Shown piece after piece: positions 53,624 to 57,570 of a stretch of 57,570 bases of DNA (its first letter is position 1; each line of letters begins with the position of its first letter). This DNA is from an uncultured virus (IMG/VR IMGVR_UViG_3300044506_000040) (lineage: Duplodnaviria > Heunggongvirae > Uroviricota > Caudoviricetes). The stretch is taken from IMG/VR virus record IMGVR_UViG_3300044506_000040; one strand, given 5' to 3'. A program made the translations under genes and the position numbers. The notes beneath the pieces are model-generated. The model worked only from the letters and a program-made list of their open reading frames with translations, was not told the origin of the DNA and did no database searches.

Positions 53624-55846
53624 ATGACCGCTCTGTTTGCAAACAAGGGTCGCATCGGCACTTCGGTCGCTTCGCCGGTCGACACCCTGGTGGGCGCCCT
53701 GCGCCAAGAAATGAACCACAGCGGCGCTGCATTCGCGTCGCGTCAAATCTCGCAAGCCGCCATCTCGATGGAAGCGATCGATTCGTCGCTCACGCGCGAA
53801 CTGAACGACAGCCTCGAAGGCCTGAACGCTTCGCTCGAGAGCATCCTGAAAGAACACGGCATGCACGACCTGACGGCCGCGCAGCGCAACGCTGGTCTGG
53901 CTGCGATGGCGCTCACGGGCGACATGGCCGGCTTCCTGCACGCGGGCATCAAGCACGACCAGGTTTCGACCGAGTCGATGAAGTTCATCGTGCCGGGCGG
54001 CGAAGATCGCATGTTCGATCGTATCAAGCCGGCGCTGGAAGCGTACGACGAGAAGGAAAACAAGAACGCGGTCGTGTACTCGGTCGCGTACAACCTTCAA
54101 GCTGCGCGCCAAGACGAATTCGGTGAAGCGTTCTTCCCGACCGTCGTCGTGACCCCCGACCAAGTCGGCTACACGGTCTCGATCCGCCTGATCGAAGTGT
54201 ACAACGAACCGAAGCGTCCGATCTCGGGTGCTCCGTCGCAGAACTTCGGCCGTCGCAACATCGTGCAAGCGGTGATCGACCCGACCATCCTGCGCAACGA
54301 CCAGACGAAGATCGTCCCGGTCTACCGCACGGAAAGCGAAGGCTACTTCGTCACGAACGCGCAAGTCGCGCCGTACGCAGTGCAGCTGACGGACAACACG
54401 CAGATCACGACGGCGCCGCTCGCAGTCGGCCAGAAGTTCTCGCTGCTCGGCCTGTCGCAGACGGAAGCCCTGCTCGAAACGGGTATCCTCGACATCACCG
54501 ACGCGATCGACACGCAACTCGCGCTCGACGCAGTGTACGTGCAGTTCACGGGCACGGTTGGCGGCACGCCGACGACCGAAGTCGTGAAGTTCAACACGCG
54601 TCAGCTGCCGCTGGCTGTGTTCAACTACGCTCCGCAGAACGTCTACCGTCAGATGAACCTCCAGTTCAAGACGGAAACGCTGCTGATCAACGCGAACACG
54701 ACGCTGGCTGACGGCGGCGCATCGCAACTGCTCGCACCGCTGGTCTCGGGCAACTACGAAGCGCGCTTCGGCTTCTCGATGTTCGGTTCGGTGAACCTCG
54801 AACTCGGCGACACGGAAATCAACACGTCGTCGGTCGGCCTGACCTCGATCAAGAACTCGAGCGACGTCGCTCTGGGTCTCGGCTCGGGCACGGGTGCAAC
54901 GCTGGCAGCGATCTTCACGGGCGCGACCGTTATCGGTTACGACCTCGACGCTCGTCGCACGAACTCGAACCGTCGTCAACGTGGTCAGCTGCTGAACACG
55001 AACTTCTACAACCAGATCTACACGGTGCCGCTCCTGGCCCCGATCACGATCCCGCGTCCGATGCAAGTCGGCGACGCGAACGACTCGTCGGATCTGGCAG
55101 CACTCATCACGGCAACGCGCATCCGCACGTCGAACGCAGCCGTGGACGAACTGCTCCGCATTCAGGACCTGCTCGCTGAAACGACCAGCGCCCTGAACAC
55201 GACGGCCACGCCGAACAGCGCTGCCGATACGCCGGAAATCCTGGGCGTCTCGCGCTTCATCGTTCAGCCGGCTTACATCGAGAAGAACCTCGAGATCGAC
55301 TCGTCGACGGACTCGCTGAGCGCGCATCAACGCGCGGCCGACATCCAGGCGACGCTGGTCAACTGCCTGCGCGACATCGCGTACACGCTGTACGTCCAGT
55401 CGGGCTACAAGGCAGCCTCGGATGCGCTCGCTGGTGGCGTTGGCCCGGTGCCGACGGTCATCATCGGTACGGATCCGTACATCGCACGTTACCTGATGGT
55501 GACGGGCGACCTTCGCACGCTGGGCGGTCAGTTCGACGTCAAGATCGTGTCGACGCTGAACGAGCGCATGGCTGGCAAGATCGTCATGTCCTTCGGCGAC
55601 GAATCGAGCGCGAAGGCTGGCACGCCGAACCCGCTGCACTTCGGTAACATGGCATGGAAGCCGGAAGTCACGGTCGTCCTGCCGATGATCCGCAACGGCG
55701 CACAGTCGAAGGAACTCACGGTCCAGCCGTCGTTCCTGCACATCTGCAACCTGCCGGTTCTGGGTGTGATCAACGTGTCGGGTATCAGCGCCATTGCGTA
55801 CAGCAAGGTGCCGGTCGAGTTCGACACGGTGACGCAGCTGCCGTAA
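53624..55846 (+). CDS. major capsid protein (phiKZ gp120-like)
   Basis: 740 aa, ALE-AYDE maturation site, RQDEFGEAFFPTVVV, N.NRRQRG, extreme codon bias. Confidence 0.93.
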   Translation: MTALFANKGRIGTSVASPVDTLVGALRQEMNHSGAAFASRQISQAAISMEAIDSSLTRELNDSLEGLNASLESILKEHGMHDLTAAQRNAGLAAMALTGDMAGFLHAGIKHDQVSTESMKFIVPGGEDRMFDRIKPALEAYDEKENKNAVVYSVAYNLQAARQDEFGEAFFPTVVVTPDQVGYTVSIRLIEVYNEPKRPISGAPSQNFGRRNIVQAVIDPTILRNDQTKIVPVYRTESEGYFVTNAQVAPYAVQLTDNTQITTAPLAVGQKFSLLGLSQTEALLETGILDITDAIDTQLALDAVYVQFTGTVGGTPTTEVVKFNTRQLPLAVFNYAPQNVYRQMNLQFKTETLLINANTTLADGGASQLLAPLVSGNYEARFGFSMFGSVNLELGDTEINTSSVGLTSIKNSSDVALGLGSGTGATLAAIFTGATVIGYDLDARRTNSNRRQRGQLLNTNFYNQIYTVPLLAPITIPRPMQVGDANDSSDLAALITATRIRTSNAAVDELLRIQDLLAETTSALNTTATPNSAADTPEILGVSRFIVQPAYIEKNLEIDSSTDSLSAHQRAADIQATLVNCLRDIAYTLYVQSGYKAASDALAGGVGPVPTVIIGTDPYIARYLMVTGDLRTLGGQFDVKIVSTLNERMAGKIVMSFGDESSAKAGTPNPLHFGNMAWKPEVTVVLPMIRNGAQSKELTVQPSFLHICNLPVLGVINVSGISAIAYSKVPVEFDTVTQLP

Positions 55847-55937
55847 TTCTGGATGGGGGAGTGAGTGATCCGTAGTGACTCGGTGCACTAGAGTTGCTGC
55901 TTCCCCATGTTGGAAACGGACTGATTCACTGGGGCTA

Positions 55938-55982
55938 AGCCTCCTGCGGCTCTTCGGGGTCGTGGGAGGCTTCTATGCCGTC
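55938..55982 (+). terminator. long hairpin + CTATGCCGTC after capsid gene
   Basis: AAGCCTCCTGCGGCTC-TTCG-GGGTCGTGGGAGGCTT. Confidence 0.75.
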
Positions 55983-56056
55983 AACTCAGTTCGGAGCATC
56001 TCATTCCCTTATGCCGTCATTTTTTCCAACCCTCTGATTCAACGGGATTTCGATGA

Positions 56057-56073
56057 TATATTACATCCTTGAG
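56057..56073 (+). promoter_or_regulatory. putative early promoter TATATTAC-N5-TGAG
   Basis: Exact phiKZ early consensus TATATTAC upstream of the nvRNAP-subunit operon. Confidence 0.65.
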
Positions 56074-56139
56074 CAGTAAAGAGTAGGTCTTGCTGGGTTT
56101 GTGAGTACGCCCGACCGGCAAGTGTTCTAGGAATGTATC

Positions 56140-57315
56140 ATGTCACTTAATCACTTCCTCCCTGATGCCATCTTCGGCGAGCCTGAGCTTAATCAGATCA
56201 CGCCAGCGGCAGTGGCGGATCTGGTCAATGGCGAAAGGTTCAGTTGTACACGACGGTATTTGAATTATTCGGGTAAGCCGATTACCGTTATCGAAAGGAA
56301 TGGGTTTCGTCACCGGTTCGACTCGCAGCACAGCTATCACCAGTCGAGCTTTGTGATCGTCACCGATTGGAAGATCCACAGAAACTTTCATCCGGCGTTT
56401 GTGGACTTCATCAAGCAGGAACGGGAAAACGAAACGAAGCTGATCTTGAAGCTGCGTGAGCTGCTCACCAAGTATCAGCCAACGTTTCATGACAACTATC
56501 TGTATCTTAGAACGGAGGAGAAGATTGGGCTAGCGGATCTGGAGCGCCACCGTGGGGAGATTTACGATCACGAGCATGACGTGGTCGTGAGTACCTTCAT
56601 GGGCAAAGACGCAGGTCCACATCCGTATAGCTCAGAAGGGCGAGCGCTTGCCTTGCTCAACAATGTAGAGCGGCTGGGGGAAGCCAATGCGTTTTGTGAG
56701 ACGATACAAATCGTCGACAACGAAGGCAAGTTCGGTGACCGGTTCATCAATCGGAACAAGATGGTGTATCGGATCGATGCGGTGCAAGATCTCACGCGGG
56801 AAGATGGGGTTTGGGTCATTCGCAATAAGCCGTTTGAGAATACCCGGCTCCCGAGCCAAATGGGATGGCGTCGCTATACGTTCGAAGAAGCGGACGACTT
56901 GCTGGAGCTGTACAAAACTTACGTAGAGGCGCTACATTGTGGTGACGCGGAACATAAACGTAAGGAAGCAATGCTTGAGGCCGAGACAGGATTGGCCAGA
57001 GAGCGTTACGAACTGAACGAACAAAAGCTGCGCCACCAGCGTGAACAGCAAACTTGGGAAGCCGAGAAGGCGAGACTTCAGACCAACTTCGAGCGGCAGC
57101 AGGCAGCGTATGCTGAAGAGCAGTTCCGAGCGAAGATGGAGCTGGACCGGGTCAAGCACATGTACGAGCGACAGATGCTTGATATGAAGTCGTCATCGGA
57201 ACGCCGAAAGGAAACCTCCGAGTGGATGAAACAGATTCCAGCGATCCTCGGTGCTTTGGGCGTAGCGTGGTTGAGTTATCAGACCGCCAAGTATGCTAGT
57301 AAGCGTGACAAGTAA
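56140..57315 (+). CDS. conserved jumbo-phage protein (phiKZ gp122-like position)
   Basis: Coiled coil and C-terminal hydrophobic tail; synteny. Confidence 0.7.
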   Translation: MSLNHFLPDAIFGEPELNQITPAAVADLVNGERFSCTRRYLNYSGKPITVIERNGFRHRFDSQHSYHQSSFVIVTDWKIHRNFHPAFVDFIKQERENETKLILKLRELLTKYQPTFHDNYLYLRTEEKIGLADLERHRGEIYDHEHDVVVSTFMGKDAGPHPYSSEGRALALLNNVERLGEANAFCETIQIVDNEGKFGDRFINRNKMVYRIDAVQDLTREDGVWVIRNKPFENTRLPSQMGWRRYTFEEADDLLELYKTYVEALHCGDAEHKRKEAMLEAETGLARERYELNEQKLRHQREQQTWEAEKARLQTNFERQQAAYAEEQFRAKMELDRVKHMYERQMLDMKSSSERRKETSEWMKQIPAILGALGVAWLSYQTAKYASKRDK

Positions 57316-57348
57316 AGAGAACTAACTCGAACCAAGGAGTAAGAACCA

Positions 57349-57570
57349 GTGGACGCAGAATTGTGTCGCGTCATTGACGCGAATCAACCGAAACTGAATC
57401 CGGACATCTGTAACGGATATGCCTCGTACCAAATGGGTGCTAATTCGACCCAGGATGGCGAAGCTGCGCGATATATCGATCGCGTGTTCCGTTCGGCAGC
57501 CGCAGACTTTCCGGAAGGCCTGACGTACGAGGGATGCCGCCCCTGTACGCCACTGGAAGAATTCAACGAA
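57349..57570 (+). CDS. non-virion RNA polymerase beta-like subunit (phiKZ gp123-like), truncated by window edge
   Basis: GTG after AAGGAG; MDAELCRVIDANQPKLNPDICNG...YID...FPEGLTYEG..CTP.EE; synteny with capsid. Confidence 0.75.
   Translation, partial: MDAELCRVIDANQPKLNPDICNGYASYQMGANSTQDGEAARYIDRVFRSAAADFPEGLTYEGCRPCTPLEEFNE

Noticed and set aside
53618..55888. 756-aa - strand ORF over the capsid gene
   Set aside because: Shadow of the strongly biased capsid codons
853..57339. Recurrent AACCAAGGA before many starts
   Set aside because: Adequately explained as an extended Shine-Dalgarno context
1..57570. CRISPR array, transposase, integrase, reverse transcriptase or stop-codon recoding
   Set aside because: No regular repeat-spacer array or relevant motifs seen; genes are intact under the standard code and no suppressor tRNA is present

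Overview
57.6 kb from a GC-rich phiKZ-like (Chimalliviridae-type, probably nucleus-forming) jumbo phage. The host is inferred to be a betaproteobacterium (Burkholderia/Ralstonia-like) from the cyclophilin and lytic transglycosylase. The right end is the conserved core block: head proteins with A/S-x-E protease sites, an SF2 helicase, a DnaB-like helicase, the major capsid protein and the start of a non-virion RNA polymerase subunit. The left 41 kb is a densely packed + strand accessory region with a PPIase, phosphatase, exonuclease, DHFR, methyltransferase, KptA, Nudix and ART-like proteins, an island of tiny membrane proteins and a tRNA array with several non-canonical members. Highlights: (1) a ~540-nt ORF-free, end-paired, pseudoknotted RNA candidate (30789-31327) directly upstream of three tandem 2OG-Fe(II) oxygenases and a DUF6817 HD-like gene; (2) a second ~500-nt structured RNA candidate with an embedded, expanded tRNA-like domain leading the tRNA array; (3) a gp68-like (nvRNAP promoter-specificity subunit) gene stranded in the accessory region between two HTH paralogs; (4) a SUKH/SMI1 domain on a cleavable head polyprotein; (5) a recurrent hairpin+TTATGCCG element and a TATATYA-N6-TGAS promoter-like motif. 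All family assignments come from motif recognition by eye; no searches or folding programs were run.
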